Shown here piece after piece: positions 40,022 to 50,800 of a stretch of 64,000 bases of DNA. The first letter of the stretch is position 1, and each line of letters opens with the position of its first letter. The notes under the pieces were generated by a model that did no database searches, was not told where the DNA came from, and saw nothing but the letters and a program-made list of their open reading frames with translations. A program made the position numbers and the translations under genes. Source of the DNA: Deltaproteobacteria bacterium (GTDB taxonomy: Bacteria; Myxococcota_A; Polyangia; Haliangiales; SHYZ01). Where the stretch lies: positions 33,586 through 97,585 of the forward strand of contig JACQUZ010000126.1 of assembly GCA_016210055.1 (NCBI GenBank), given 5' to 3'.

Positions 40022-41431
40022 TCACGGCAAGAGCGTGCGTGGGTCGGTGATCGTTCCAGTGATGGCCGTCGCGGCTGCGGTCAGCGGGCTGGCAAGGAAT
40101 GTCCGTCCACCCTTTCCTTGCCTTCCTTCGAAATTGCGGTTGCTCGTGCTCACGGCGTATTGGCCCGGGGAGAGCTGATCGCCGTTCATGGCAATGCACA
40201 TGGAGCAGCCAGGTTCCCGCCAATCGGCGCCGGCCGCTTTGAAGATCGTGTCGAGCCCCTCGCTTTCGGCCTCTCGCTTGACGGCGTGGGAACCTGCCAC
40301 GACCATGAGGCGAACCCCGGCAGCGACCTTTCGCCCCTTGAGAAGGCTCGCCGCTTGGCGGAGGTCGGAGATTCGTGAGTTCGTGCAGCTCCCAATGAAG
40401 ACCACGTCGACGTTGCGACCGAGGAGTGGCTCGCCAGGCATAAGGCCCATGTAGGAGAGGGCCTTGTCGAGTGATGCGCGCTGGGTGGGGTCCTGGGCGC
40501 TCGCGGGATCTGGGACGCGCCCTGCGAGCGGCATTCCCATGCCGGGGCTCGTGCCAAAGGTGATCATGGGCTCGAGCTCCGCGGCGTCGATGGTGACCGC
40601 GCGATCGTAGACGGCCCCGGGATCGGACGGGAGCGACCGCCACTGGGCCATGGCGCGGGTCCACGCTTCCCCCTTGGGTGCACGCGAGCGCTTGGCCAGG
40701 TATTCGAACGTCTTGTCGTCGGGGGCGATCATCCCGGCGCGGGCGCCGGCTTCGATGGACATGTTGCAGATGGTCATTCTCTGCTCCATGTCCATCGCTC
40801 GGACCGTGGAACCCGTGTACTCGAACACGTGACCGGTGCCACCGCTCGCTCCGATCTGAGCGATCACTCGGAGAATCACGTCCTTCGCCGAGACGCCGCG
40901 CGGTAGGGCGCCCTCCACGCGGATTTCGAAGCACTTGGGCTTGCGCGCGAGGAGACACTGCGTGGCCAGCACGTGCTCCACCTCGCTGGTGCCAATGCCG
41001 AAGGCGAGGGCGCCGAACGCGCCGTGTGTCGACGTGTGGCTATCACCGCACACCAAGGTCATGCCTGGCTGGGTCAAGCCCATCTCGGGGGCGATCACGT
41101 GGACGATCCCCTGCCCGGGGCTGGAAGGACCGAAACACTCAATCCCGAACTCGCGGCAGTTCTCCTCGAGCTTTTCGATCTGCCGGGCGGCCTGCTCGTC
41201 GGTAGTTGGGAGAGCTCGATCATGAGTGGGGACGCTGTGGTCGACGGTGGCAACGGTTCGCTCGGGACGCCGAACCTTGAGCCCGCGGGCGCGCAGGCCG
41301 CTGAATGCCTGCGGCGACGTCACCTCGTGGATCAAGTGGAGGTCGATGTACAGCGCGTCGGGCGATCCTGCCTCCGCCGCCACCACGTGGGCTTTCCACA
41401 CTTTCTCAAACAGGGTCGCAGGCTTGTTCAT
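40022..41431 (-). CDS. leuC: 3-isopropylmalate dehydratase large subunit
   Basis: ATG at 41431 ([17 protein letters not shown]) gives 469 aa. Aconitase-family Fe-S blocks [24 protein letters not shown] and CSMCIAMN are present. The track ORF's 244-aa upstream extension is unsupported. Confidence 0.95.
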   Translation of the reverse strand: MNKPATLFEKVWKAHVVAAEAGSPDALYIDLHLIHEVTSPQAFSGLRARGLKVRRPERTVATVDHSVPTHDRALPTTDEQAARQIEKLEENCREFGIECFGPSSPGQGIVHVIAPEMGLTQPGMTLVCGDSHTSTHGAFGALAFGIGTSEVEHVLATQCLLARKPKCFEIRVEGALPRGVSAKDVILRVIAQIGASGGTGHVFEYTGSTVRAMDMEQRMTICNMSIEAGARAGMIAPDDKTFEYLAKRSRAPKGEAWTRAMAQWRSLPSDPGAVYDRAVTIDAAELEPMITFGTSPGMGMPLAGRVPDPASAQDPTQRASLDKALSYMGLMPGEPLLGRNVDVVFIGSCTNSRISDLRQAASLLKGRKVAAGVRLMVVAGSHAVKREAESEGLDTIFKAAGADWREPGCSMCIAMNGDQLSPGQYAVSTSNRNFEGRQGKGGRTFLASPLTAAATAITGTITDPRTLLP

Positions 41432-41488
41432 GGGTCCTTGTTTAGATGCGGGTTGCAGCCGAGAGGCTCCAAGCCTCAAAGTAGCCAC

Positions 41489-42958
41489 ATGATAGGCGAT
41501 ATTTCTTGGCGCGAGGGAACCGCCATCGTCTCCGACGGACGCGCCTATTCGTACCGGGATCTCGACACGGCCACCAAGCGCGTGGCGTCCTTTTTGCTTG
41601 CCGGGCGGTCTGATCTCGAGGAAGCGCGCGTGGCTTTTCTCACCAGGCCGAGCCTTGCGTACGTCGCGGCGCAGAGGGGCGCTTGGCGTGCCGGTGGTGT
41701 CGCGGTGCCCCTTTGTGTCAACCACCCACGGCCGGAGCTGGAATACGTTATCGCCGACTCGGGCGCCAGCATCCTCATGGCAGACGAGCACTTCCTCCCG
41801 GTGCTTCACCCCATCGCTCGTGCCCGTGCCTTGCGCTTGGTCTCCATCTCCGAAGCCTTCGCATTCCCCGCGGGGACACTCCCCGACGTGGCGCCAGGTC
41901 GCCGCGCCATGATTGTCTACACGAGCGGAACCACGAGCCGGCCCAAGGGAGTGGTGAGCACCCATGCCGCCATTCGAGCGCAGGTCCAGGCGCTCCTTCA
42001 GGCATGGGAGTGGTCGTCCGATGACTCCATCCTGCACGTGCTTCCGCTCCACCACTTGCACGGCATCCTCAACGTGCTCGGCTGCGCCTTGGCGGCAGGC
42101 GCCGAGTGCCATTTCTTGCCGCGATTCGACGCCGAGGAGACCTGGAATCGCTTCCTCGCCCATCCGTACACGCTCTTCATGGCGGTCCCCACCATTTACG
42201 TAAAGCTCATCGCTGCGTGGGACTTGGCCTCTTCGGCGCGGCAGCGTGCGCTCTCCGACGCGTGCAGGGGGATGCGCCTCATGGTTTCGGGCTCCGCCGC
42301 GCTGCCGGTGCCCGTGCTAGAGAAATGGAAAGAAATCTCCGGACACGTCCTCCTCGAGCGCTATGGGATGACCGAAATTGGCATGGCCTTGTCCAATCCG
42401 CTCCACGGGGAAAGGCGGCCGGGAACAGTGGGTGTGCCCCTCCCGAGCATGGAGATCCGCTGCGTGGACGAGGGTGGCGCAGGCGTGGAAGCAGGTACTC
42501 CCGGCGAGCTCTGGGTAAGGGGGGCGGGGGTTTTCCGTGAGTACTGGAACCAGCCCGAGGCAACGCTTGCAACCTTTACCGACGGATGGTTTCGCACCGG
42601 CGACATGGCGGTCGTGGACCAGGGGTACTATCGACTCCTCGGGCGCAGCAGCGTCGACATCATCAAGACCGGGGGCTTCAAGGTGTCGGCCTTGGAGATC
42701 GAAGAGGCGCTACGGCTGCACCCCGCCGTTGAGGATTGCGCTGTCGTGGGGCTCCCGGATCCGCAGTGGGGCGAGCGGGTAGGGGCCGCGCTGGTGCTCC
42801 GAGTCGGCCAGCCCTTGAGCCTGGAAGCGCTGCGCGCCTGGTGCAAGGAGCGCTTGGCCCCCTACAAGACGCCATCCCAGGTGCTCCTCCTAGATTCCCT
42901 GCCGCGAAATGCCTTGGGAAAGGTATTAAAGCCAGAGCTCGCCCGATTGTTTCATTAG
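41489..42958 (+). CDS. AMP-dependent acyl-CoA synthetase (MatB/ACSF3-like size class)
   Basis: ATG 41489 ([10 protein letters not shown]..) gives 489 aa. AMP-binding motif [14 protein letters not shown], plus YGMTE, GWFRTGD and a C-terminal GKVLK. Confidence 0.88.
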   Translation: MIGDISWREGTAIVSDGRAYSYRDLDTATKRVASFLLAGRSDLEEARVAFLTRPSLAYVAAQRGAWRAGGVAVPLCVNHPRPELEYVIADSGASILMADEHFLPVLHPIARARALRLVSISEAFAFPAGTLPDVAPGRRAMIVYTSGTTSRPKGVVSTHAAIRAQVQALLQAWEWSSDDSILHVLPLHHLHGILNVLGCALAAGAECHFLPRFDAEETWNRFLAHPYTLFMAVPTIYVKLIAAWDLASSARQRALSDACRGMRLMVSGSAALPVPVLEKWKEISGHVLLERYGMTEIGMALSNPLHGERRPGTVGVPLPSMEIRCVDEGGAGVEAGTPGELWVRGAGVFREYWNQPEATLATFTDGWFRTGDMAVVDQGYYRLLGRSSVDIIKTGGFKVSALEIEEALRLHPAVEDCAVVGLPDPQWGERVGAALVLRVGQPLSLEALRAWCKERLAPYKTPSQVLLLDSLPRNALGKVLKPELARLFH

Positions 42959-44146
42959 CTAATCAAACCGACAGGATTCCTGCACCCCGAGCTCGTCGAA
43001 CCTGTGGTAGTTCGTGTAGAACCCTGTGGTGCCGCTGAACCCGATATAGCCGCCCTTGAAATCGAGACCTTCGACCGGGCCGGTCATCACCTCCTTGGCG
43101 TCGATGGTCACGCGCACGTTGTCGCCCTGGATCTCGACGATGACGTCATGCCACTTGTTGTCTTCGAGATCCGGGATATTGGCCCAGAGGTAATGCTTGC
43201 CGGGATCCCCATTCAACGTAATGGCGACGTGGTCCGAGGAGGTGGGATCAGTGTGGTACTCCGTGTTGGGATTCTGGATGTTCTGCCAGGTATCGAACTC
43301 CACGTGAAATGCTCGAATGGTCATGTTCCCGTACCCGCCCGAAACGCCGTAGCCGAGCCCGCCGCCACCTTCGGCGCGGGTGAGGATCTCGCCGAGCTTC
43401 TCTGGACTCGCCGCTTCGATGATGCTCATGGCAAAGCCATCAGCCCCTGTGCCGCTGGTGCACGGACCCGGGTTGTCGCATTGACCGGTGGCGATGCGGA
43501 ACCTCAGCGTGATGTTGCCCGGCGCTATGGGCTGCCGCGTGTAGAAGATCGCGCCCTTGCGCCCGGTTAGGTTGCCGGTCATCTCGAGCCACCCCCGGCT
43601 GTCACGGTACGCGTGGCCGAAGATGGTCCACCCCGACGGGAGATCGCTGTCAAACGAGGCGACGCTGGTCCAGGTGCAGATGCCAATGACGATGCTCTTT
43701 TGCGCCGGTGCCGCGGAGGGGGCGCGTGCGGTGAGCGTGATCGTGTGATACCCGGGCGCGAGCGTGGTGCTGCTCGCCTGCGTGCTCCCACCATTACCAG
43801 GGGCACCTTTGAAGAGCACGCCATTGATGTTGGATTCCCAGGTTACCTCCACGTCACCCATTCGGCTCAATGAATCGGTAATGCGCCCGAGAAACTCGAT
43901 TCGCGTGCCCGCCTCGAAAACCGAGCGGGTGCTGGGGGACAGCACCTCAACGTCGAGCTGCCTGCCCGGAGCATCGACGCCGGAAGCATCGGCGGGAGCA
44001 CCCTTGGTGCTTCCATCCGGTGTCGGGACGAGGCTGGCGTCCCGGTCGCCCGGGCTCCCCTCTCCATCTCTCGCCGAAGAGCAACCACCGAGCGCTGCTA
44101 GAGCAGCTGCCATGCACCCAACCCACCGTTTACCGAGCCCACGCAT
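42959..44146 (-). CDS. lipoprotein with Ig-like domain and L-type (legume-like) lectin / ConA-like domain
   Basis: Signal and lipobox MRGLGKRWVGCMAAALAALGGC (start ATG 44146; the track start is 44179). Lectin-like blocks GADGFAMSI, GGGGLGYG, FHVEFDTWQN, DHVAITLNG, WHDVIVEI and GYIGFSGTTG. Confidence 0.7.
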   Translation of the reverse strand: MRGLGKRWVGCMAAALAALGGCSSARDGEGSPGDRDASLVPTPDGSTKGAPADASGVDAPGRQLDVEVLSPSTRSVFEAGTRIEFLGRITDSLSRMGDVEVTWESNINGVLFKGAPGNGGSTQASSTTLAPGYHTITLTARAPSAAPAQKSIVIGICTWTSVASFDSDLPSGWTIFGHAYRDSRGWLEMTGNLTGRKGAIFYTRQPIAPGNITLRFRIATGQCDNPGPCTSGTGADGFAMSIIEAASPEKLGEILTRAEGGGGLGYGVSGGYGNMTIRAFHVEFDTWQNIQNPNTEYHTDPTSSDHVAITLNGDPGKHYLWANIPDLEDNKWHDVIVEIQGDNVRVTIDAKEVMTGPVEGLDFKGGYIGFSGTTGFYTNYHRFDELGVQESCRFD

Positions 44147-44220
44147 GGGCGCAGCATAGAAAAACGGTGCGCATGGCACAAGGTGCCAGCGCTGGCATGA
44201 ACTTTCTCAGTGATTGCGGG

Positions 44221-44676
44221 CTATGGTGTTTTTCGGACGACCGACCATTTCCCGTGTTGCGTGATCTCGGAGCCGACCCGCCTCGTGGTGAACGTTCCGT
44301 CGATCGCGTCTCCGCTCACGCGCCCTAGGAACTCGGTCTCGACCGTGCATTCGCACTGTGGGTCGGTATAGGGGGTGATCTTCCCTTGCACCTGCCCCTC
44401 CGCTACTTGAACGAACTTGATTTGCAGGGGCTGCGGATCGGTCGTGACGGACGCCGCGTTCATCACTACCTGCCCCTCGGCCGTGTGCCTGCCTACGGCG
44501 AGGGTGAATTGAATAGACCCCTTGCGGCCGGAGTCGGTCCCTTCGTACTCCCCTCCCCAGTCCCCTGCGAGACGATTGATTTCCGTGTCCGCGCCTTTGA
44601 CGGGAACCGCTGTTGGGGTGGTCGCGCACGCGCAAGCAAGCGAGAGCAATGAGGCACGAAACAGCATGCGGAGCAT
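44221..44676 (-). CDS. small lipoprotein, function unknown
   Basis: ATG 44676 is preceded by AAGGAGG. MLRMLFRASLLSLACAC lipobox. 151 aa. Confidence 0.6.
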   Translation of the reverse strand: MLRMLFRASLLSLACACATTPTAVPVKGADTEINRLAGDWGGEYEGTDSGRKGSIQFTLAVGRHTAEGQVVMNAASVTTDPQPLQIKFVQVAEGQVQGKITPYTDPQCECTVETEFLGRVSGDAIDGTFTTRRVGSEITQHGKWSVVRKTP

Positions 44677-44770
44677 GGGTGATCCTCCTTTGCGAACCCA
44701 GCACGAGTCGGCGCTCCATTTTATCCGAGTTCTTGCGGATTCTTGTCTCGATTTTGCATGTCGTCCGAGC

Positions 44771-44953
44771 ATGGAGCGGGACAGACGCGAGCGCCGCCAG
44801 GGTGCGGGAGTTCTCGAAAATGACACGGCCTTCCTCAAGGAGGAGATCAGGCACCTCCACGCGAAGATTGAGCGGCTCGAAGACACCATCCGCCAGCTTC
44901 ACGACGAAGTGAGGCGGCTCTACGAGAGTGAGGATTTTGGAGCGAGGCCCTAG
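44771..44953 (+). CDS. possible 60-aa coiled-coil protein
   Basis: MERDRRERRQGAGVLENDTAFLKEEIRHLHAKIERLEDTIRQLHDEVRRLYESEDFGARP. Heptad-like pattern. Ends 5 nt before the next gene. No homology is recognised. Confidence 0.3.
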   Translation: MERDRRERRQGAGVLENDTAFLKEEIRHLHAKIERLEDTIRQLHDEVRRLYESEDFGARP

Positions 44954-44957
44954 CGAC

Positions 44958-45635
44958 ATGCGATTCCGCGATCGAGTTCATGCAGGTCAGCTCCTTGCCG
45001 AGAGGCTGTCGGGGTACCGTGGACGTGACGACGTGCTCGTTTTGGCCCTGCCGCGTGGAGGCGTGCCCGTGGGCATTGAGGTGGCGAAGGCGATCGTTGC
45101 GCCCCTCGACGTCGTTGTCATTCGAAAGCTGGGGCTGCCGGGGCAGGAGGAGCTCGCCATGGGCGCCATCGCGTGGGGTGGCGTGAAAGTCGTCAACCAA
45201 GACGTGGTGCGGGCACTCGACATCCCGTCGCACGTGGTTGACGCCGTCGCAAGTGCCGAAAAGGAGGAGCTCGCGCGGCGTGAGAAACTGTATCGCGGCG
45301 ACCTCCCGTTCCCGCCGGTCCAGGGCAGGTCAGTCATCGTCGTTGACGACGGGGTCGCTACGGGATCGACCATGTTGGCTGCCGTGTCTGCGGTAAGGCA
45401 CATGGTTCCAGCGCGAGTCATCGTCGCTGTCCCAGTGGCTCCCCCCTCGACGTTGAGAAAGCTCGAAGAGGCGGCCGACGAGGTCGCGTGCATCCTCACG
45501 CCCGAGCCGTTCTTCGCGGTCGGCCAGTGGTACGAGGACTTCTCCCAAGTGACCGACGAAGAGGTGCGGCAGGCGCTGCACGCGTCCAGGCGCGATCGGG
45601 AGGCGAGGATGGCCGAGGCACCCGTCCCGCCATGA
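44958..45635 (+). CDS. type I phosphoribosyltransferase-family protein (COG1926-like)
   Basis: ATG 44958. PRPP-binding loop VIVVDDGVATGSTM. LALPRGGVPVG N-terminal block. 225 aa. Confidence 0.8.
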   Translation: MRFRDRVHAGQLLAERLSGYRGRDDVLVLALPRGGVPVGIEVAKAIVAPLDVVVIRKLGLPGQEELAMGAIAWGGVKVVNQDVVRALDIPSHVVDAVASAEKEELARREKLYRGDLPFPPVQGRSVIVVDDGVATGSTMLAAVSAVRHMVPARVIVAVPVAPPSTLRKLEEAADEVACILTPEPFFAVGQWYEDFSQVTDEEVRQALHASRRDREARMAEAPVPP

Positions 45636-45650
45636 CCGAAAAAAGGAGCC

Positions 45651-46283
45651 ATGATGCCTGTCCTTCACCTTCAAGACCTGAACCTAGGTGCGGGGGATGC
45701 GCTCGTCGTCGTCGACGTGCAAAACGATTTCCTTCCAGGTGGCAGCCTCGCCGTCCCTCACGGTGACGAGGTCATCGCGGCCTTGAACAGGGCGATCGAT
45801 GTCTTCGTGGCCCGCGGGCAGCCCGTATTCGCCACGCGCGATTGGCACCCCCCAAACCAGTGCTCCTTCCGCGCTCGAGGAGGGCCTTGGCCTCCCCATT
45901 GCGTGCAGGGCACCCCTGGGGCGAGCTTCGCACCCGGGCTGCGCCTGCAAAGTGGCACGCAGGTCGTTTCGAAGGGGACGGATCCGGAACGCGACGCCTA
46001 TTCCGGGTTCCAGGGGACCGACCTTGCGGATCGCCTCCGGGCGGTGTCGGCCAAGCACCTGTTCGTGGGTGGGTTGGCCACCGATTACTGCGTCTTGAAC
46101 ACGGTCAAGGACGCGCTCGACAGGGACTTCGCCGTCTCTGTCCTGGTCGACGCTGTCCGCGCGGTCGACGTGAATCCGGGGGACGGGGTGCGCGCCCTGG
46201 ACGAGACGAGACGATGGGGCGCGATCTTCGTCGAGGCTGGACCCCACGCACGGCGACTATTATCCCCGAGCCCCCAGCCATGA
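45651..46283 (+). CDS. pncA: nicotinamidase/pyrazinamidase (isochorismatase family)
   Basis: AAAGGAG RBS. VVVDVQNDFLPGGSL, TRDWHP and GLATDYCV (catalytic Cys) blocks. Confidence 0.88.
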   Translation: MMPVLHLQDLNLGAGDALVVVDVQNDFLPGGSLAVPHGDEVIAALNRAIDVFVARGQPVFATRDWHPPNQCSFRARGGPWPPHCVQGTPGASFAPGLRLQSGTQVVSKGTDPERDAYSGFQGTDLADRLRAVSAKHLFVGGLATDYCVLNTVKDALDRDFAVSVLVDAVRAVDVNPGDGVRALDETRRWGAIFVEAGPHARRLLSPSPQP

Positions 46284-47638
46284 CCGAGACGAGCGCTCTC
46301 CTCACGGACTTCTACCAGCTCACCATGCTTCAGGCGTACTTCGAGCAGGGAATGACCGAGCGCGCTGTCTTTGAGCTGCTTGTCCGCCGCATGCCGGGCC
46401 GTCGCTCATTCCTCATGGCAGCCGGTCTGGAGCAGGCTATCGATTACTTGGAGGGCCTTCGTTTTGGCGAGTGGGAGCTGGAGTACATGGCGAAGAGCGG
46501 GCGATTCTCCCGCGACTTCGTGGACCGCATGTCGCAGCTTCGCTTCACGGGAGACGTGCACGCGATGCCCGAGGGGTCCGTCTTCTTCGCCGACGAACCA
46601 ATCCTCCGGGTGAGCGCACCCCTTCCTGAAGCGCAGCTCGTCGAAACCAGGCTCATCAACATCTTGCACTACCAGTCCTTGATTGCGTCAAAAGGGGCGC
46701 GGGTCGCGATTTCGGCGCCAGGACGACTGCTCGTGGACTTCGGCTTGAGGCGAGCCCACGGCGCCGAGGCAGGTGTCTTCGCCGCACGCGCGGCCTACAT
46801 CGCGGGCATGTCAGGCACCTCGAACGTCCTTGCCGGTGCGATGTACGGAATACCGGTTTATGGAACCATGGCCCACTCGTTCATCGAGGCCCATGAGGAC
46901 GAGGAATCGGCGTTCGTCGCGTTCGCGCGCTCGCACCCTGGAAACGTGGCGCTGCTTCTCGATACGTACGACACGGAAGCCGCCGCGCGAAAGGTCGTTT
47001 CTCTCGCTCCCAAGCTCACGCAATCCGGCATCACGATCCGGGCGGTGCGCCTGAACAGCGGAAACCACGCCCAGCACGCACGTGCCGTGCGATTGATCCT
47101 GAATGACGGCGGCCTGCCCGACGTCCGAATCTTCGCGAGCGGCGGCCTCGATGAACACGACGTGGCAGCCCTTCTCGCCGCGTCGGTGCCCATTGACGGT
47201 TTTGGCGTGGGCACGCGGTTGGTCACGTCGTCCGATGTTCCGGCCCTCGACTGCGCGTACAAGCTCATGGAGTACGCCGGCCGCCCGCGCCACAAGCGCT
47301 CCGAAGAAAAAGCCACTTGGCCAGGTGCCAAGCAGGTGTACCGCAAGATGGGGACGGGCGGCCTCATGCTTCATGACACCATTGCCCTGGCGCGCGAAGC
47401 ATGGCCTGACGACAGCGCGCTCCTCGTGCCGGTGATGGCCGGAGGGAAGCGCGTTTCTTCTCCTCCGACCCTAGCGGAAATCCGCCAGCACGCGCAAGGG
47501 CAGCTCCAAGCACTGCCGGAGCCCTTGCGCACCCTAGGCCGCACCCACGCTTATTCCGTGAAGATCTCGCACGGGCTTCTTAATCTCGCCAAGGAGTTGT
47601 TCGCAGGTGCACCACTACCGAGTGGGGCTAAGGAATAG
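46280..47638 (+). CDS. pncB: nicotinate phosphoribosyltransferase
   Basis: ATG 46280 overlaps the pncA stop (ATGA). MTETSALLTDFYQLTMLQAYF N-terminus and GTMAHSFI block. 452 aa. Confidence 0.9.
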   Translation: MTETSALLTDFYQLTMLQAYFEQGMTERAVFELLVRRMPGRRSFLMAAGLEQAIDYLEGLRFGEWELEYMAKSGRFSRDFVDRMSQLRFTGDVHAMPEGSVFFADEPILRVSAPLPEAQLVETRLINILHYQSLIASKGARVAISAPGRLLVDFGLRRAHGAEAGVFAARAAYIAGMSGTSNVLAGAMYGIPVYGTMAHSFIEAHEDEESAFVAFARSHPGNVALLLDTYDTEAAARKVVSLAPKLTQSGITIRAVRLNSGNHAQHARAVRLILNDGGLPDVRIFASGGLDEHDVAALLAASVPIDGFGVGTRLVTSSDVPALDCAYKLMEYAGRPRHKRSEEKATWPGAKQVYRKMGTGGLMLHDTIALAREAWPDDSALLVPVMAGGKRVSSPPTLAEIRQHAQGQLQALPEPLRTLGRTHAYSVKISHGLLNLAKELFAGAPLPSGAKE

Positions 47639-47640
47639 AT

Positions 47641-47796
47641 TTACCACCCTTCGCGCTTCGCTCTGTCAATCAACTCGCGGACCTTATGTCCTCCGAGGTG
47701 GCCGGCTTCCTCGACGGTGAGCGGCTCCCCCTTCTTCAGTTTTTCCTCAATACTTCTACGAATGACCTCTTCGCGATCGTCTTCTTTTCTTGCCAT
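47641..47796 (-). CDS. 51-aa charged small protein, function unknown
   Basis: ATG 47796 is preceded by GAGGAGG. MARKEDDREEVIRRSIEEKLKKGEPLTVEEAGHLGGHKVRELIDRAKREGW. Lies 46 nt downstream of the kinase gene on the same strand. Confidence 0.45.
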   Translation of the reverse strand: MARKEDDREEVIRRSIEEKLKKGEPLTVEEAGHLGGHKVRELIDRAKREGW

Positions 47797-47842
47797 GGTG
47801 ACCTCCTCGCGGGGAAACCTTGCGAGGATCTTGCCAATTCGA

Positions 47843-50800
47843 TCACGGGAACCCGGGCGCCAGCATCGCGGCCATGCGCTCGGGGTTGCGCACCCGTTGT
47901 GAAGACATCCACGCGTCGGACTCTCGTACGAGGAGCCTTCCTGCATCACCGCCGAGGAGCGTGCCCAGCCGCCGACGTGCACAAGCCGCGTGAAGAGCCA
48001 TGTCCGCCGCCTCGAAGCCCTTCACGGCGCCCTGGAGGATGACGACCGCTCTCTCGGTGTCCTGCTCGCTCTCGGCGACCCCGGCGTGCAAGAGAAGCGC
48101 CAGTGGATCCGACCAGGGCATGTGTTCCCGCTCGATCCGACGCGCGAGCCGCGCTACTTCGCGGACCTGGCGTGCGCGCGCGGGCCCTTGCGATCTTGTC
48201 GTAGCGAGCAGGCATCGGGCGCGCAAGCACAGCGCTTCGAGCCGGACTCGCTGCATGCGGAGGATCAATGAGCGCGTTAGATCTTGCCAGCGTTCATTCA
48301 CCTTGGCGAGCGCCGCTTCGCTGTCCCCCACGTACAGGTCGGCTTGTACCTGGGCAAGAAGGCCGTAGTAGTGCTGCAGGTGGAACCCGCGACGTGACCA
48401 CTTCTTCACCGCCTCGGTAGCCACGGCTTGCGCAGTCCTTGCGTCGTCCCGGGTGAGCCACGCGACGTTGGCTTGTCCGGTGTGCAAGTTGGTCACCGCG
48501 TACAGGTCGCCGCGGTCTTCTGCCTCCCGGAGGAGCAGGAACACGCGACGCTCCAGCTCGGCGAGCTCTCCAAGATAGAACAAGACGCAGGTGGAGAAGA
48601 GCTGCTCGCTGTCCCTTTCCCAGTTCAAGCCCGTGCACTCCTCGCGGATGATCTTGTCGGCCCCGTCGAGCTTCTCCAAGGCGAGCCTCCATCGCCCTTG
48701 CAGGTACGAGGCCGCCCCTTCGGCTCCTATTGCCCAGGCCCGCACCTCTGCCTGGGGCAGCTTCCTCGCTAAGGCCTGCGCCTCCTCGATGAGCCTATCG
48801 GCGCGTTCCTTCGCCGGACCTCCGCCCGTCGCCACGAACACTGCCTCGGGTCCCATGCACTTCGCGATTTGGAATGGGTCGCCGACCTTGAGGGCGAGGA
48901 GCAGCGCCTGGGATTGGAAGGCAGCGGCGCAGATGTTGTCGACCATGCCGAGCCCCACCCCAACCGACCGACACACGTCCATGCGCACCAGCTCCTCGGG
49001 CGAGGATTGGCTCACGTGGCGTTCCTGATACGACAGCCTCCGCAGCCTTAGCTGAACACGCCGGAGCAGAAGCGATGCCAGCGCCCGCCTTGGACTCTCG
49101 GGGAGCTTCATCCCCACCGCGCCCAGCACGTCCCTGATGGCCTTGAGCCCCTCGTCGATGTGGCCGCTCTTCAAGTACTCCTCGGCGGCCAGGCGCTGGA
49201 GCTCAAGGGCCTCTGCCGCACCTGCGGCTGGAACCGCCGACAGGAACATGGCTGCGGCCTCGGCGCCACGCCCTGCGTTGACCAGGGCTTGGGCGAGCTT
49301 CACCCGGAGCTCGCGCGCGCCCGAGATCGAATCGGGGTGCAGGTGAAGGGCGGTGCGATAGAGGTTGGCCGCGTGGTCAAACGCGAGGACCGCCTCGGCA
49401 TTTGCGGCCGCTTGCACGGCGTATCGGATGGTGCGCTCGCGGTCCCCAGCGCCGTTCCAGTGCATCATGAGGATGTCGGGATCGACGCCGACCGTTCCTT
49501 CGAGAGCCAGGGCGAGCTTGCGGTGCATTTCGGTTCGCGTTTCCTGACTGAGGGACACGAGGACCGCCGAGCGAATGCGGTCATGATAGGGCTCGATGGC
49601 GTCCGATCCGCGGGCGCCCGTCACGCGCGCGAGCCGGCCGGTGCGAAGCTGGGCGACTGCTCGGGAGAAGTCGCCACCGGAAAGGCGCGCCGACTGCATG
49701 ACGACATCTTGCATGACGGCCGTACCAGCGACGCAGGCTAGTTCCAGAACGACCCGCGCATGCTCCGAGACCCGAGCCAGGCGCGTCTTGAGAACCTCTG
49801 CCAGGGACAGCCTCATGGGTGCTTCCCCTGGGTGCATGGCCGCAGCACGCGCTAGCTCATCGATGAACAGCGGATGGCCTGCCGCTTCCTTCGCAATCGC
49901 CTCTGCGGTCGGGCCTGCGTTGTGACTCGAGTGGGAAAGGAGGCGCGCGGCGAGCTCGAGGGATTCTTGCTCGGACAGGTGCGAGAGGTGGACCTCCCGG
50001 AGGTCGGCAGGAACGCCCAGAACGAGGCGCCACGCCTCCTTGTCGTCCGAGCCTGCGGAATCCGGGCGCACGGTAGCGATGAGAAGGAGCGGTGGTGCTT
50101 CGGGCGGGCGAAGGATCTCGCCCAGGAGCGCGAGGCTGTCTCCGTCGGTCCAGTGCAGGTCTTCGATGACGACGACCACGGGCTTCCTGTCGGTGAGGCG
50201 CGAGAGGAGCTCACGCACGGCGCCGAACAGCCGGGTACGGGCTTCTTGGGGATCGATACGCCCGCCTGCGTGCAGATGCGGCGCCTCTGCGATGGCTTTC
50301 ACCCTTCGCAACACGGGGAACACCTGGCCGAGGAGCCCCGCCTGGCGAGGGAGCAGTGCTCCTGCTTCCAAGTCGGGGAGCCGACACATGTACCTCGCCA
50401 GGGCGTCGATCACGCCATCGAGCCCCTTGAAGGGGACCATCTCGCTTTCGTAGCAGCGGCCGTAAAGCACGACCACGCCCCGCTCGCTCGTTAGGAGCTC
50501 GTCCGTGAAACGGCGAACGAGCATGCTCTTGCCGATTCCTGCCTCCCCCACGAGGAGCGTCCCGACTGCGTGTCCATCCTGAGTCTCCTCGAAGGCATTC
50601 CAAAGCGCACCGAGCTCCGCCTCTCGCCCGACGAACAGGGAGGCCTCGGTCATGGTGGACGATCGGGATTCCCGGCGGACTTCTCCACGATCCTCCACCC
50701 CAAGGCGGGCGAGGATCTCGCGCGCGCTCGGACGAGCCAAGGGGTCGAAGCGCAAGAGCTCGATGCACAGTGCGTCGAGGTCCGGCGGCACCTTGGGGAC

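Noticed and set aside
41432-42163. Upstream 244-aa extension of the leuC ORF, and the 40973..41488 extension of the acyl-CoA synthetase ORF
   Set aside because: Each extension runs antisense through the neighbouring divergent gene. The conserved N-termini ([12 protein letters not shown] for Leu[11 protein letters not shown] for the ligase) start at 41431 and 41489.
45842-46279. 146-aa extension of the pncB ORF overlapping pncA out of frame
   Set aside because: The PncB family N-terminus (LLTDFYQLTM) starts at ATG 46280, which forms an ATGA overlap with the pncA stop. The extension is Arg/Gly-rich with no similarity.
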